64,000 nt of DNA, from the IMG/VR virus record IMGVR_UViG_3300037455_001046, positions 7,901 to 71,900 of that record. One strand, written 5' to 3'. The position numbers were made by a program, and so were the translations under genes. Positions 10,641 through 21,240 of this stretch are shown piece after piece. Numbering within the stretch: the stretch's first letter is position 1; the number at the start of each line of letters is the position of its first letter. The notes under the pieces are model-generated. The model saw nothing but the letters and a program-made list of their open reading frames with translations, made no database searches and was not told the origin of the DNA. The DNA comes from a virus (taxonomy: Duplodnaviria > Caudoviricetes).

Positions 10641-13421
10641 ATGATCAAGCAACTCCAGCTCCGCGGCATCTCGCGCACCCCGTCCGACAGGGCAACCTCG
10701 GACGGCGGCTGCGCCGAGAGCCTGAACGTGCATCTCGACCAGAACGAGACCGCCCCGACGCTGCCGCCGGTGGATATCTCCGAATCGGTGTACGGCGCGA
10801 ACCGCACGGCCTCCGACAAGCAGCGCGTCGTGTATATCCACAAGATGCCGGGCATCGTGAACTACATCGCCGTCAACGACTCGGGGAATGCCTTCAACGT
10901 CTACGCATACGGCAGCACGATCACGGGCGGAATGGCCACGATATACACGGCCACGGGAACGGGCGAGTCGCTGAACCAGGTGGCGAGCATCGGCAACACC
11001 CTCATCGTATATTCCGGTACCCAGCCGCACTACTTCCTGTTCAAGGACAACGCATACTCACATCTCGGGAGCCGCGTCCCCGTGCCGGCGATGGAGGTGG
11101 CCTCGATGAAGGCGGACGTACGATACACCACGGCGAAGGCCGTCGGCCCGATCCTGCCCATCACCCACGACTACAATGTCTGGAATGCGGCATCCGGCGT
11201 CAACGATGAATATCACGCGGACCTTCTCGCCACGATGGACAACATCTGGGACTCGGTGTCCGTGGAGATCTCGGAGGCGCAGCAAGCCGGCGTCTTCGTA
11301 GCCCCATTCTTCATCCGCTACGCCGTGCGCCTGTATGACGGAAGCTACATCCACACCTCCACGCCCATCCTCTGCGGTGGCGGCGTATCGGCGGACTGGA
11401 TGAGCGTGGCCCAGTCGCAGGAGAGCACCCTGGTGGACGGCAAGTATGCTTTCCTGATGAACATCACGATGGCGAGTACCTTCAGGGTATGGCTGCACGG
11501 AAGCTACAACGTCGGCGGCTGGAGCGACATCGTCAAGTCCATCGACATCTTTGCCTCCACCCCCATCTATGCGCCGGCAATGAACGCCGGATATTTCAGC
11601 ATGGACAGCAGCAACAACATCACCCTCGAGGGCATGGACACCGATGCCAGAGACAAGACCATCCTCGACGAGGTGCTGTCGAAAGGTCAGTTCTACAAGG
11701 TGATGTCCATCAACGTGGACGATGCGACCACGATGGGGAAGCTCTCCGATGGGACGCTCCGCCTGGACAACGCCAGCACCATCAGCGGCGAGGGTCTCGC
11801 CCTGAACGATGACATGCCAGACGGCTACCGCGACGGCAACCAATACATCCCCGAGGAGGGCACGATGAACTACAACAACCACCTGATGCTCTTCGGCGCA
11901 AAGGAGCTGCTCTCGCACGGCGACCGCTACCTCAACGGGCAGGAGGCGACGGGCGACTGGGCGAGTCCATCCGGCCTGTCGTACTTTACCCTGCGCTTCA
12001 AGGTCGTGGACTCAACCACGGGGGCGGCGCACTATGTGCTGGCAAACTACGGCGGAGGCGCATCGTCGAGTCTCTACCAGGCCTATTTCCACAACACGGG
12101 CACCTCGACGTACCTGCGCTTCGGCAATGACTACCGCTCCAGCGGCACGTTCAAGAAATGTGATCCGTATGCGTGGATCTGCTATCCCGATACGCGGTGT
12201 ACGCAGGTAGAGGTTTTCTGTTCTTCGAATGTCAAGGGCAAGCTCATCCCGATGCAGCCGCATCCCTTGCTGAACTGCTCCTATGCCTTCATCGGCCTGG
12301 GTACCTCGTTCCGCAGTCCCGGCAGCGCCTATTCGGATGTGACCACGCCGGCGTCGTTCACGGAAGACCCGGTCATCCTCGCCCCGAACAAGCTCTTCCT
12401 CTCGGAGTTCGAGAACCCGTTCCTGTTCCCGGCCGGCAACATCGTGACCTTCTCCGACAAGGTGGTCGGCGCTGGCTTCACCAGCGTACCTCTCTCCGAA
12501 GGCCAGCTCGGCGACTTCCCGATCTACGTCTTCACGGAGGGCGGCATCCGTGTGGCCATCCCCACGGGCGACGGAAAGATATCCGCCACGATGGCGCATC
12601 CCAACATCTCGCGTCACGTTGCCATCCCCGGCACGATCCTCTCTATGGAACAGGCCATCGTCTTCACCACGAAAAAGGGCGTGATGATGCTCTCGGGAAA
12701 CCAGGTCACCGAGCTCTCGCGGAACATCAACGGCGCGCCGTTCATCCTCAACGGGGCGGCCGGCTCCGACCTTGCCGCCATCCGAACGATGCTGCTGTCA
12801 TCGCCGTGGGCCAGCATCCTCGGCCCTACGATTGACGAGGCCACGTTCATGGGCTTCATGTCGGCCGCCACGCCGGCCTACGACCACAACGGCGCGCGGC
12901 TGCTGTTCTTCCATCCCACGAAGACCTGGCAGTATGCCTATATGCTGGAGACGCAGACCTGGCACAAGGTGGCCTCGGGCATCAGCGATGCGAAGATCCT
13001 GAACGGATACCCCGACTGCCTGGTCTCCGTAGACCCCCACAACGCGCCGGCCCTCGGCAAGGTGGTGGACTTCTCCACCGTCCTCGACGACTCTTCGATG
13101 TTCGCCCAGCAGCCGACCAGTGGCGTAAGCGTACCCCAGCCCGTGAGGGGCATCATCGTCACGCGGCCCTTCGACCTGGACGCCCCCGACGTCCGCAAGG
13201 CCATCCGCAGCCTCCGCGTCCGCGGTGACTTCAACCGCCAGGATGTGCAGTACCTCCTCCTCGGATCGTTCGACGGCCTCTCCTGGAAGCACCTCACGTC
13301 GCTGCGAGGCGGGTCGTACAAGCTCTTCCGGCTGATCCTGCTGACGAACCTGATGCCGAAGGAGCGCATCACCTGGATAGACTTCGACTTTGACATCCGC
13401 TTCACCAACAGACTGAGATAA
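10641..13421 (+). CDS. Tail nozzle/stabilisation-like structural protein (926 aa)
   Basis: Beta-rich ~900-aa protein next to the ejection protein in a podovirus-type late region; function inferred from size and position. Confidence 0.55.
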   Translation: MIKQLQLRGISRTPSDRATSDGGCAESLNVHLDQNETAPTLPPVDISESVYGANRTASDKQRVVYIHKMPGIVNYIAVNDSGNAFNVYAYGSTITGGMATIYTATGTGESLNQVASIGNTLIVYSGTQPHYFLFKDNAYSHLGSRVPVPAMEVASMKADVRYTTAKAVGPILPITHDYNVWNAASGVNDEYHADLLATMDNIWDSVSVEISEAQQAGVFVAPFFIRYAVRLYDGSYIHTSTPILCGGGVSADWMSVAQSQESTLVDGKYAFLMNITMASTFRVWLHGSYNVGGWSDIVKSIDIFASTPIYAPAMNAGYFSMDSSNNITLEGMDTDARDKTILDEVLSKGQFYKVMSINVDDATTMGKLSDGTLRLDNASTISGEGLALNDDMPDGYRDGNQYIPEEGTMNYNNHLMLFGAKELLSHGDRYLNGQEATGDWASPSGLSYFTLRFKVVDSTTGAAHYVLANYGGGASSSLYQAYFHNTGTSTYLRFGNDYRSSGTFKKCDPYAWICYPDTRCTQVEVFCSSNVKGKLIPMQPHPLLNCSYAFIGLGTSFRSPGSAYSDVTTPASFTEDPVILAPNKLFLSEFENPFLFPAGNIVTFSDKVVGAGFTSVPLSEGQLGDFPIYVFTEGGIRVAIPTGDGKISATMAHPNISRHVAIPGTILSMEQAIVFTTKKGVMMLSGNQVTELSRNINGAPFILNGAAGSDLAAIRTMLLSSPWASILGPTIDEATFMGFMSAATPAYDHNGARLLFFHPTKTWQYAYMLETQTWHKVASGISDAKILNGYPDCLVSVDPHNAPALGKVVDFSTVLDDSSMFAQQPTSGVSVPQPVRGIIVTRPFDLDAPDVRKAIRSLRVRGDFNRQDVQYLLLGSFDGLSWKHLTSLRGGSYKLFRLILLTNLMPKERITWIDFDFDIRFTNRLR

Positions 13422-13747
13422 TGAACGCAGAACTGCAATACCTCAAGGCCATCGCCGACGCGCTGAAGAAGATCAAGGCTGCCGGCGGCCTCGGCTCATC
13501 GGGCAAGTCCGACGTGACACTCAGCGGAAACCTCGACACGACGGAGATCACGAACGTGCTGGCCAAGGGCCTCGTCGTGAAGGTCGTCGAGGGCGAGGGC
13601 TCGTCCGCCCAGGAGGTTGACGAGAGCGTCCTGAAGCTGCTCTACGACACCATCGAGGAGACGCTCCAGGATGCGATGTTCACCACGGTGAACCAGACGG
13701 AGAAAAGCTATTTCGAACTTATGGCGAACGACATCGCCGGAATCTGA
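13421..13747 (+). CDS. Small structural protein, paralogue of the N-terminus of the next gene
   Basis: LQYLKAIADAL...VTLSGNLDTTEI...FTTVNQTE aligns with LPYLKDIAESL...VSVSGNLDTSGI...FMTVNNTE of 13753-15585. Confidence 0.7.
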   Translation: MNAELQYLKAIADALKKIKAAGGLGSSGKSDVTLSGNLDTTEITNVLAKGLVVKVVEGEGSSAQEVDESVLKLLYDTIEETLQDAMFTTVNQTEKSYFELMANDIAGI

Positions 13748-13752
13748 CGACT

Positions 13753-15585
13753 ATGGACAACGGAACATTACCCTACCTGAAAGACATAGCGGAATCCCTG
13801 GGCGGCATCAGCAAGGGCACGTCCGCCGGCGGCACGCGCGGACGCGGTGAGGTATCCGTCAGCGGCAACCTCGACACCTCCGGCATCGTCGATGAACTCG
13901 ACAAGGGTCTCGTCGGCCTGGTGGAGGAGCAGCAGGGCAGTTCGACCGTGGAGGTGGAGAAGAGCCAGTTCGAGATCCTCGGCGACGAGATCGCGGACAT
14001 CCTCCACAGGGCGTTCTTCATGACGGTGAACAACACGGAGGTAAGCGCCTTCGCCTATATGCACGACCGCCTCGCATGGCTTGCCACGCTCGGCATCTCC
14101 GACATCATCCAGCATCTCTCGCTGAATGTCGTGGACGAGGGCCTGTCCACGGAGCACCTCGAGCTTCTTGCGGACATTCCGTTCCGATCTTTAGGCAACG
14201 TCACGGCGGGCGCGATAGGCGCTTCCTCCGGCTCTGCCGCATTCCCCACCGTCCTCGACGACTGGGATGACTACGGCGACGGCACCGGCGGCACGACCGA
14301 CACGCGGGACTGGGTGCCGAATGCGGAGATCGTATACACCGACAGGACATATTTCTATGCCCAGATCCAGCAGCTGTGGAATGCCATCAGCGGCGGCGGA
14401 GGAGGAGGAGGCAGCACCCTGACCTTCGGCCTTGAGATGCCCACGGGATTCACCGTCACGGGTTCGCCGGCCGACCCCGACGTCACCATCACGGTGGGTT
14501 TGGCCACGGGCTATGTCATCCCCACGCAGGATCAGCTCGCCGGCCTGTCGTACTTCGTGCCCGTCACGGATACGAACGACGACCTCATCGGCATCAAGAG
14601 TATTCACGATTTGTATATTATACAGACCGAGGCGGACGACACCACGAACCCCGCCACGGCGGAGGTCATCAAGAATGTCACGGAGCTCCTGCGGCGCGAG
14701 ACCTATGTACCGGCCGTGGCCGAGGATCTTGTCCTCGAAACTCCCGCCCGGCCGGAGTACCTGTCCTTCGACCTGGGCATCGTATCGAGCGGCAACATCA
14801 CGGCCGGGGCGGTCAGCGCCGACCCCGCCTTGAGCAACCAGATCCTCTACCGCCTCGATGACTGGGATGACTACGGAGACGGGACGGGCGGTACGACCGA
14901 CACGCGCGATTGGGTGCCGAGCGCGGAACTTGTGAAGGAATCGGTCGACGACATAACGGCTCTCGACACCCGCGTGACCGCCCTCGAGAACAGCGGCGGA
15001 CAGGGAACGAGCAACGTGAACTGGGTTGCCGCCACCGAGACCAGCACCACCGTGGAGCTGGATGTCGACGGCACGACGAAAGCCCTGGCGAAAGCCGGAG
15101 CGTATCTGCCTCTGGCGGACTTCCAGGCGGTGTTCAACGTGCAGCCGACGAGCGTGGCCATCGTGGTCGCAACGGGTCAGTCCACGCGCGACCTCTCCGT
15201 CCCCGGCAACATCGTGGCAACGGGTAACGTCACCGCCGGCGCGGTGAGCGCAGACCCCGCTCTCAGCAACCAGATCCTCTACCGTCTCGACGATTGGGAC
15301 GACTATGTCGCCGGCAGCGGTAGCGGAAGCACCGAGGATTGGGTGCCGTCTGCTGCGCTGGTATATGCCCTGCGCCAGCAGATGCTCAACGGCGGATACG
15401 ACGACACCAACGTGTGGAACGCCATCACGGCTCTCCAGAACGTGGACGCCGGTTTCTCGACGCGCATCTCCGACCTCGAGGCTCTGCCTCGCATTGAGTA
15501 TGTCAAGCCGAACCAGACCTGGCCGCCCACGCCGTCGAGCATGGTTGACAATTGGTTCTATGTGAAACTCTCGCAGACAGCGTAA
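13753..15585 (+). CDS. Tail fibre/spike-like protein with three internal repeats
   Basis: Three copies of GN[VI]TAGA...LDDWDDY...DWVP[NS]A at ~14194, ~14791 and ~15223; short coiled-coil segments (ITALDTRVTALEN). Confidence 0.65.
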   Translation: MDNGTLPYLKDIAESLGGISKGTSAGGTRGRGEVSVSGNLDTSGIVDELDKGLVGLVEEQQGSSTVEVEKSQFEILGDEIADILHRAFFMTVNNTEVSAFAYMHDRLAWLATLGISDIIQHLSLNVVDEGLSTEHLELLADIPFRSLGNVTAGAIGASSGSAAFPTVLDDWDDYGDGTGGTTDTRDWVPNAEIVYTDRTYFYAQIQQLWNAISGGGGGGGSTLTFGLEMPTGFTVTGSPADPDVTITVGLATGYVIPTQDQLAGLSYFVPVTDTNDDLIGIKSIHDLYIIQTEADDTTNPATAEVIKNVTELLRRETYVPAVAEDLVLETPARPEYLSFDLGIVSSGNITAGAVSADPALSNQILYRLDDWDDYGDGTGGTTDTRDWVPSAELVKESVDDITALDTRVTALENSGGQGTSNVNWVAATETSTTVELDVDGTTKALAKAGAYLPLADFQAVFNVQPTSVAIVVATGQSTRDLSVPGNIVATGNVTAGAVSADPALSNQILYRLDDWDDYVAGSGSGSTEDWVPSAALVYALRQQMLNGGYDDTNVWNAITALQNVDAGFSTRISDLEALPRIEYVKPNQTWPPTPSSMVDNWFYVKLSQTA

Positions 15586-18500
15586 TGACCAAGGCGAGGA
15601 TAGACTGGATGGAGGCAGGAAGAGTCAAGTTTTCCGATGACTCTTTCGTCTTCGTGCAAAGGCGCAGCGGATACTACATCAATTCGAGCGGCGTTCCGAC
15701 CGGCACCACCACCAACGGGGCGCACCTGACCGAGTATACACTCAGCTATACCGGAAAGTCCTACTCCTTCACTTACTACAATCAGCAGTCGACGACGAGC
15801 TACGACATCGGATACTATGATGCCGACGGGGTGTTCCTCGGTGGTGTCCATAGCAATGGCTCGAAAGCGTACAGGACGGCAACCTATACGCCTCCGGCAG
15901 GGACTGTCACGGTTTTGGTATATGGTATTTATAGGGCGGGGCAGACGCAGTTCAATAAATACTCTTCGATGAAGACGACGGAGGCTGTAGGCGTGTTCGA
16001 TGCCGAGGAGATCCGCGTCAGGGCGGAGGGCGACGCGCAGAGCCAGATCGTCTGGCCGCTGGTGGACACCTATGAAATCACATCGAGCACCCTTTACTTC
16101 TACGACGGAGTGGTTGTCTCCGGCGCGCAGGTTCTCCGGGCGTCGGGAACGAGCTATGCCTACGCCGTCGGCACGGTGGTGAAGCGCAGGGGCAGCACCA
16201 TCGTGGCGACTTACACCAGCGTCGACCTGACGCCGATCCGCATAGTGAATCAGGTCAGGGACACCATCGATGGCGAGCAAATGGATAGGTTCCACATCAC
16301 CACGCGCGGCGTACTGAAGGTGGTTACGGGCAACAACCTCGGGAAAACGCCTGTCCCCGGCGGCTTTGGCACGGATGTCGTCTTCACATACCAGGGCCTT
16401 GTGGACACCACCATCTTCATTGGGCAGCAGGGGAATACCGCCAACACAAGCGGCTATGTAGATCAGGCTACCCTCGGCTACCAGCTGGAGGCCTCCGCCA
16501 CGGAGATGGCCCAGGGCGGCGGCACGGCGACGGTGACCGGCTATCTGCGGCAGACAAGGACGCAGCGATACCTCTGGACGTCGGGTTCGTACTCCTACGA
16601 CTCGCCCGAGGTGTATTACACGGCAGCCATGTCCAATGCCACCATCGACAGCCACGGGGCATCGGCGGCCACGCTCGTCGCCTTGGCGAACGGCCAGGCT
16701 CAGATCAGCTTCCCGTCGAACCCGAATGCCGACGAGAACACCTATACCGTCACGGGTACATACGGAAACTACTCTGCGAATGTCAACATCATCGTAAAGG
16801 GGACGGAGACCGGCCGGACATACAGCAACCTCCGTGTCCATTCCTACACCTACCCCGTGACGGGGTCGGGGAGCTCGCAGTATTCCATCCCTGCCGGCGG
16901 CGGCGGCGTATACCCCACCATCGTGATAAAACTCGACTGCGCCATCACGGGCGTTGGCAGCGGCACTCTCACGGGGAACGTGGCCAACGGCGACAACATC
17001 TGCACGGTCAGCGGCACGATAGGAGGGCAATCCGTGTCCACCACCGTCGCCATCGAGTGGCACAACTCCAACAACGGCTATGTATCTGCACCCAGCCGCG
17101 GCATCAATGTGGATTCCGGTCGCACGCTCGTCCAGTCGAACGTGTATTTCCGCGCCACGAAGAGCGGCGTCACGGCGGCGCAGTCATCCGCTATCTCCAT
17201 CTACCAGCAGCAGAACCAAAGGTGGATATCCCAGCAGGGTTCGTTCACCTTGCAGTCGTTTACCATCACCCCCTTTGTCGGAAATACCGCGCTGACCTGG
17301 GACTCCGTAAACAGCCGCTTCGAGCTGGACAATGCCGGAGAGGTGTCGGTATATGTAGAAACGAGGGTCACGGGCAGCGGCACGACGACGGAATATACCT
17401 ACACAGCCTTGAAAGCCGACGGCGTCACGCACGAAAAGAGCGGTGGAACGCCTATCAATCTGGACAACGACCCCGTCGTGCCGGACACCCTCAATGTGGC
17501 GCTGAACGGAAACAACGTCACGGTGACGAATCAAAGGTTCACGGCTGACAACCGCCATCTCCTGAATCCGAAGGACTATATCATCACGGCATCGTATGAG
17601 TCCAGTGGCAACGTCAGCAGGACGGTGCGGCAGAAGGCCGATGAGAAGGTGGATAGCGACACGCCGGTCTACTATGTCACCCTGGATGAGGTGCCCGGCA
17701 CGAACACCCTGTCCGCGGCCGGCGGCGAGGTAAAGATGCAGGCCACGGCATACCATACCCTCGGCAAGGTGTGGGAGTCCGACGGCTATCCGGCCGAGGA
17801 AGGGGCGACGCCCATCTACGATCTCGACAAGATCGCGATGGTGGAGGTGCAGAACATAGGCTACCAGCGGAGCGTAGACTCGCAGACAGAGCAGTTCATC
17901 GTGTACAAGTACGCCCATCGCGACATGAAGAACTATGTCACGACCGACCCCTTGCGCGTGTATGCCGAGATCCCCGGCAAGAAGGACACCAGCGCCAACC
18001 CGCTGGTCTATTCCGTGTCGAATCAGCTCATTACCTCGCAGACCTATAGCGTATACGGCACGGTCACCTACGGCCCGGAATATGCCGAGGCGCACGACTA
18101 CACCGTTTCCTTCGCCATCGACCGCTACTCCTCGTCTTCCGACCCCGCCCCGTTCCAGGGCGCGACGACGACGTACCGGTACAATGCATACCACCTCGAG
18201 TCCATATACCACGACGGCACGCAGCCGGTGTACCAATACCAACACTACTCCTCCTGGACGGCGGCGCACGACGATGACGAGCACCGCGAGCTGATCGGCG
18301 TCACCGAGGACACCGAGACATACCGCCATCGGTATGTCGGCATCCGCAGCGTCAGCGGCGACGGCGTGGAGGTGACCAAGCGCCATCCTACCGACACCTG
18401 GGCTACGCTCAACACGACGAACCACACCATCACCATCGCGGCGCAGGTGGACTCCGTGAACGGGACGCCGCCGCGCTGGACGGGGTTCGATGCGGTGAAC

Positions 18501-18962
18501 ACCTCCGACCCGGCATACGGCGACGGAAACCCCGACACGGAACCCGCCTCCGCAAACAAGTCCGTATACCAGCAGGCCTACCAGAAGCTCACGGCAAGCG
18601 AGAACAGCAAGACCTGGGAATGGGACGGCACGCAGGCGTGGATCATCGACATCAACGCCTGGTACGTCGAGTTCAAGGTGACCACTGCGGGCAACTGGAT
18701 CAGCGTGATGATATCCCTTGACGGCGGCGTCACCTGGTCTGCCGTCGACCCCACGACGAACTACGGCAACGCCGGCGGCTCCACGCATCCCAAGCTGAGG
18801 ATCGCCCCGCTGTCCGTGAACGACCCCACCTTCAACCCGTCCGGCTACCAGAGTATGCGCCTCGCCCAGGTAAACCTCGTTCCGCAGAACACCAGCGGCG
18901 TCGGGAGCGTGTACATCAGCGCCTCGCAGGAGGAATACGATGGAGGATTGTCAAACGAATAA
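15585..18962 (+). CDS. Large Thr/Ser/Tyr-rich tail fibre/adhesin with BACON/Ig-like repeats
   Basis: Start placed at the TAATG overlap with the upstream stop. Beta-rich modules end in ISIYQQQN / RTVRQKAD / KSVYQQAY, typical of BACON-like repeats in Bacteroidetes phages. Confidence 0.6.
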   Translation: MTKARIDWMEAGRVKFSDDSFVFVQRRSGYYINSSGVPTGTTTNGAHLTEYTLSYTGKSYSFTYYNQQSTTSYDIGYYDADGVFLGGVHSNGSKAYRTATYTPPAGTVTVLVYGIYRAGQTQFNKYSSMKTTEAVGVFDAEEIRVRAEGDAQSQIVWPLVDTYEITSSTLYFYDGVVVSGAQVLRASGTSYAYAVGTVVKRRGSTIVATYTSVDLTPIRIVNQVRDTIDGEQMDRFHITTRGVLKVVTGNNLGKTPVPGGFGTDVVFTYQGLVDTTIFIGQQGNTANTSGYVDQATLGYQLEASATEMAQGGGTATVTGYLRQTRTQRYLWTSGSYSYDSPEVYYTAAMSNATIDSHGASAATLVALANGQAQISFPSNPNADENTYTVTGTYGNYSANVNIIVKGTETGRTYSNLRVHSYTYPVTGSGSSQYSIPAGGGGVYPTIVIKLDCAITGVGSGTLTGNVANGDNICTVSGTIGGQSVSTTVAIEWHNSNNGYVSAPSRGINVDSGRTLVQSNVYFRATKSGVTAAQSSAISIYQQQNQRWISQQGSFTLQSFTITPFVGNTALTWDSVNSRFELDNAGEVSVYVETRVTGSGTTTEYTYTALKADGVTHEKSGGTPINLDNDPVVPDTLNVALNGNNVTVTNQRFTADNRHLLNPKDYIITASYESSGNVSRTVRQKADEKVDSDTPVYYVTLDEVPGTNTLSAAGGEVKMQATAYHTLGKVWESDGYPAEEGATPIYDLDKIAMVEVQNIGYQRSVDSQTEQFIVYKYAHRDMKNYVTTDPLRVYAEIPGKKDTSANPLVYSVSNQLITSQTYSVYGTVTYGPEYAEAHDYTVSFAIDRYSSSSDPAPFQGATTTYRYNAYHLESIYHDGTQPVYQYQHYSSWTAAHDDDEHRELIGVTEDTETYRHRYVGIRSVSGDGVEVTKRHPTDTWATLNTTNHTITIAAQVDSVNGTPPRWTGFDAVNTSDPAYGDGNPDTEPASANKSVYQQAYQKLTASENSKTWEWDGTQAWIIDINAWYVEFKVTTAGNWISVMISLDGGVTWSAVDPTTNYGNAGGSTHPKLRIAPLSVNDPTFNPSGYQSMRLAQVNLVPQNTSGVGSVYISASQEEYDGGLSNE

Positions 18963-18973
18963 AACGATAAGCC

Positions 18974-20368
18974 ATGTCACATCTCATCGACGGACAAACC
19001 AATGTATATGTAATCGCCCGGACGCTCGGCCACTGCTCGGTAGACGTCGGCCAGCTCTGCACCAGCACCAAGATCAACAAGTTCTCAAAGGCCAAGCCGT
19101 TCCGCTACAATGCGCCGAACTTCGCATCGGACAGCGCGCAGACCGCCGCGCTCGTCGCCGCGAAATACGGATTCACGGGTCCCGTGTTTACGGGGAAGGC
19201 CGCCCTGTTCAGCGGAACGCCGGCGAACGGCGCAATGAACTACAACTACGAAAGGCCGAACCAATACTGCCGAGAGCGCGACTTCCTGAACTATTTCCAC
19301 CACGCACAGCCGTGCTTCATGCAGGCCGTGGGCAGGACGTTCACCATCGACCTTATGCCGATCAACCCCGACCCCGTGCTGTTCTACCTCCTGATGAACT
19401 ACACGACGAATGGGTCGCAGGGCCTTCTCTCAAACAAGGCCTTCAGCACGGAGTCCGGCATCGACAGGACTAATACCGCCGTGAAAGACCCCAACGACCT
19501 GCCGTGCAACATCTGCATCGAAGACCTGACTTTCGCGGATGCCCAGGGGAGCTACAACTTCAACCTGCTCGGGCAATATGCCGCCTACCTCGGCATCGTG
19601 GTGGACAAGGGCAGCGGACAGGAGTCCGTGCGCTATGTGGAATGTTTCGAGAGCACCTACCCCGTTGAGGAGCAGACAACCGTCCACGACGAGATGTACA
19701 AGGTCGGCACATCGTCGCTGACGACCGACCTCCCCATCGGCACATACTCTGCCGTGGCCTGCGCGAAACTAAACGATGGCAGTTTCGACTACTACCTCCC
19801 CGTCTTCTCCAAGCGCAGCTTCCCCGCGAAGTTCACCCTGAACTGCGGAGGCCTGTCAAACTATGCAATCGAATACCGGGGCCTCGGCGAGACCGCGACC
19901 GGGAACTTCATGGCGGAACTCACGGGTTCGAGCGTTGACGAGGTTTACCTGAAGATCCGCTTCTACAACAAGCGAGGCCGGTCGCTGGACGTCCTCGTCA
20001 GCGGAAACATCAAGATCTGCCTACAGTATACCGTGCAGAGCGTAGACCTCGGCGGCGGCACAACCAGCGTGGAGGATGAGCGCGGAGAAAACTACATTAC
20101 CGTCGACAAGACCAAGGACACCGTCACGTTTTACTACCCAAATCCGAGCGATGTGAACTCCGTTTCCATCCAGAACAACGACTATGCGGAGTTCGTTTTC
20201 AAGATTGTGAACCCCTTCCAAAACGACGATACCATTTCCGGCCTGGCGCGCCTGGCCGGCAGCTACGTCAACATCACGCCGAAGGTCAAGTTCAAGGCCG
20301 GCACGTCCGACTTCTTCCCCGTAAAGGGCAACGCAGGATATCCCACATTCAAATACACGAAATCATAA
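18974..20368 (+). CDS. Tail-associated structural protein
   Basis: N-terminal DVGQLCTSTKINKFSKAKP motif typical of Bacteroidetes phage fibre-associated proteins; coupled to the next gene by TAATG. Confidence 0.55.
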   Translation: MSHLIDGQTNVYVIARTLGHCSVDVGQLCTSTKINKFSKAKPFRYNAPNFASDSAQTAALVAAKYGFTGPVFTGKAALFSGTPANGAMNYNYERPNQYCRERDFLNYFHHAQPCFMQAVGRTFTIDLMPINPDPVLFYLLMNYTTNGSQGLLSNKAFSTESGIDRTNTAVKDPNDLPCNICIEDLTFADAQGSYNFNLLGQYAAYLGIVVDKGSGQESVRYVECFESTYPVEEQTTVHDEMYKVGTSSLTTDLPIGTYSAVACAKLNDGSFDYYLPVFSKRSFPAKFTLNCGGLSNYAIEYRGLGETATGNFMAELTGSSVDEVYLKIRFYNKRGRSLDVLVSGNIKICLQYTVQSVDLGGGTTSVEDERGENYITVDKTKDTVTFYYPNPSDVNSVSIQNNDYAEFVFKIVNPFQNDDTISGLARLAGSYVNITPKVKFKAGTSDFFPVKGNAGYPTFKYTKS

Positions 20369-20754
20369 TGAAAAAGCAAGACATCTTGACATTGGCCAAG
20401 GGTGGCTTCTTCGAGGCCACGGCACACTGCCTTCCGGCAGACGAGTTTTACAAATGGTACACCTTCCGGCGCAAGCTATTCGCATCGCTGCTGGAGATCA
20501 AGAGGGATGAGGACGCCCTGCGCGAGCAGTGCGGCATCCGCCCCGGACAAAAGGACGTAGCCAAGGAAACGAAAGAGCGCTTCCTGGAGGTGGAGAAAAA
20601 GCTCCTCGACGAGAACATCGCCGTGGAGATATCCGCGCGCATTCCGTTCAAATACTACAAGGAAATCTACGACGAGAACAACATCGGCGGCCGCGACATC
20701 TTCTCCGCCGTGGCCGTGGAGTCGCTGGTCATAGACCACCTCTTCGAGGCATAG
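20368..20754 (+). CDS. Hypothetical protein (possible fibre chaperone)
   Basis: 128-aa ORF translationally coupled to the upstream tail gene. Confidence 0.55.
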   Translation: MKKQDILTLAKGGFFEATAHCLPADEFYKWYTFRRKLFASLLEIKRDEDALREQCGIRPGQKDVAKETKERFLEVEKKLLDENIAVEISARIPFKYYKEIYDENNIGGRDIFSAVAVESLVIDHLFEA

Positions 20755-20829
20755 AATACCCGGGCCACGGCGTGGTAATAACCCTCAAAAAGGAGGGGAG
20801 GTGTGATGTGTTACCGGGTCGTGGCCTGT

Positions 20830-20874
20830 TTGGGAAAGATAGACCGTGGGAACAATTTATTGTTCCCATTTTTG
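20830..20874 (+). promoter_or_regulatory. Late-promoter element copy 1 (lysis operon)
   Basis: TTGGGAAAGATAGACC (20830-20845); CATTTTTG ends 29 nt after the motif. Confidence 0.7.
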
Positions 20875-20898
20875 ATTCAGCAAATTATCGGTACCATA

Positions 20899-21240
20899 AT
20901 GAACTGGACAAGCATCATCATAGCATTGGTAGGGGCGATCTTCGGGGCCGGCTTCTGGGCGGTGGTGAAGTCTATCGTCGACAAGAAGAAGACGCCATAT
21001 GAGATGTTCATGGAGTTGATGCAGAAGCAGACGGAGTTCTACGATTCCCTGAACGCAGCCTATGAGCTGGAGAAGCAGGACAGCGCGGAGAAATCTGCCG
21101 TCATCGCCAAGACCCACAAGTGCAAGCACCGCTTCAACGACCCGGAGATCATCTGCCCCGTGGAGACCGCCAACGAGGAACGCCTCAACCAGCGCTGTGT
21201 GCGCTGCGAATATAATCAGGACAAGGACGACGGGAAATGA
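20899..21240 (+). CDS. Putative holin
   Basis: N-terminal TM helix (WTSIIIALVGAIFGAGFWAVV) plus coiled-coil; overlaps the endolysin start (ATGA). Confidence 0.6.
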   Translation: MNWTSIIIALVGAIFGAGFWAVVKSIVDKKKTPYEMFMELMQKQTEFYDSLNAAYELEKQDSAEKSAVIAKTHKCKHRFNDPEIICPVETANEERLNQRCVRCEYNQDKDDGK

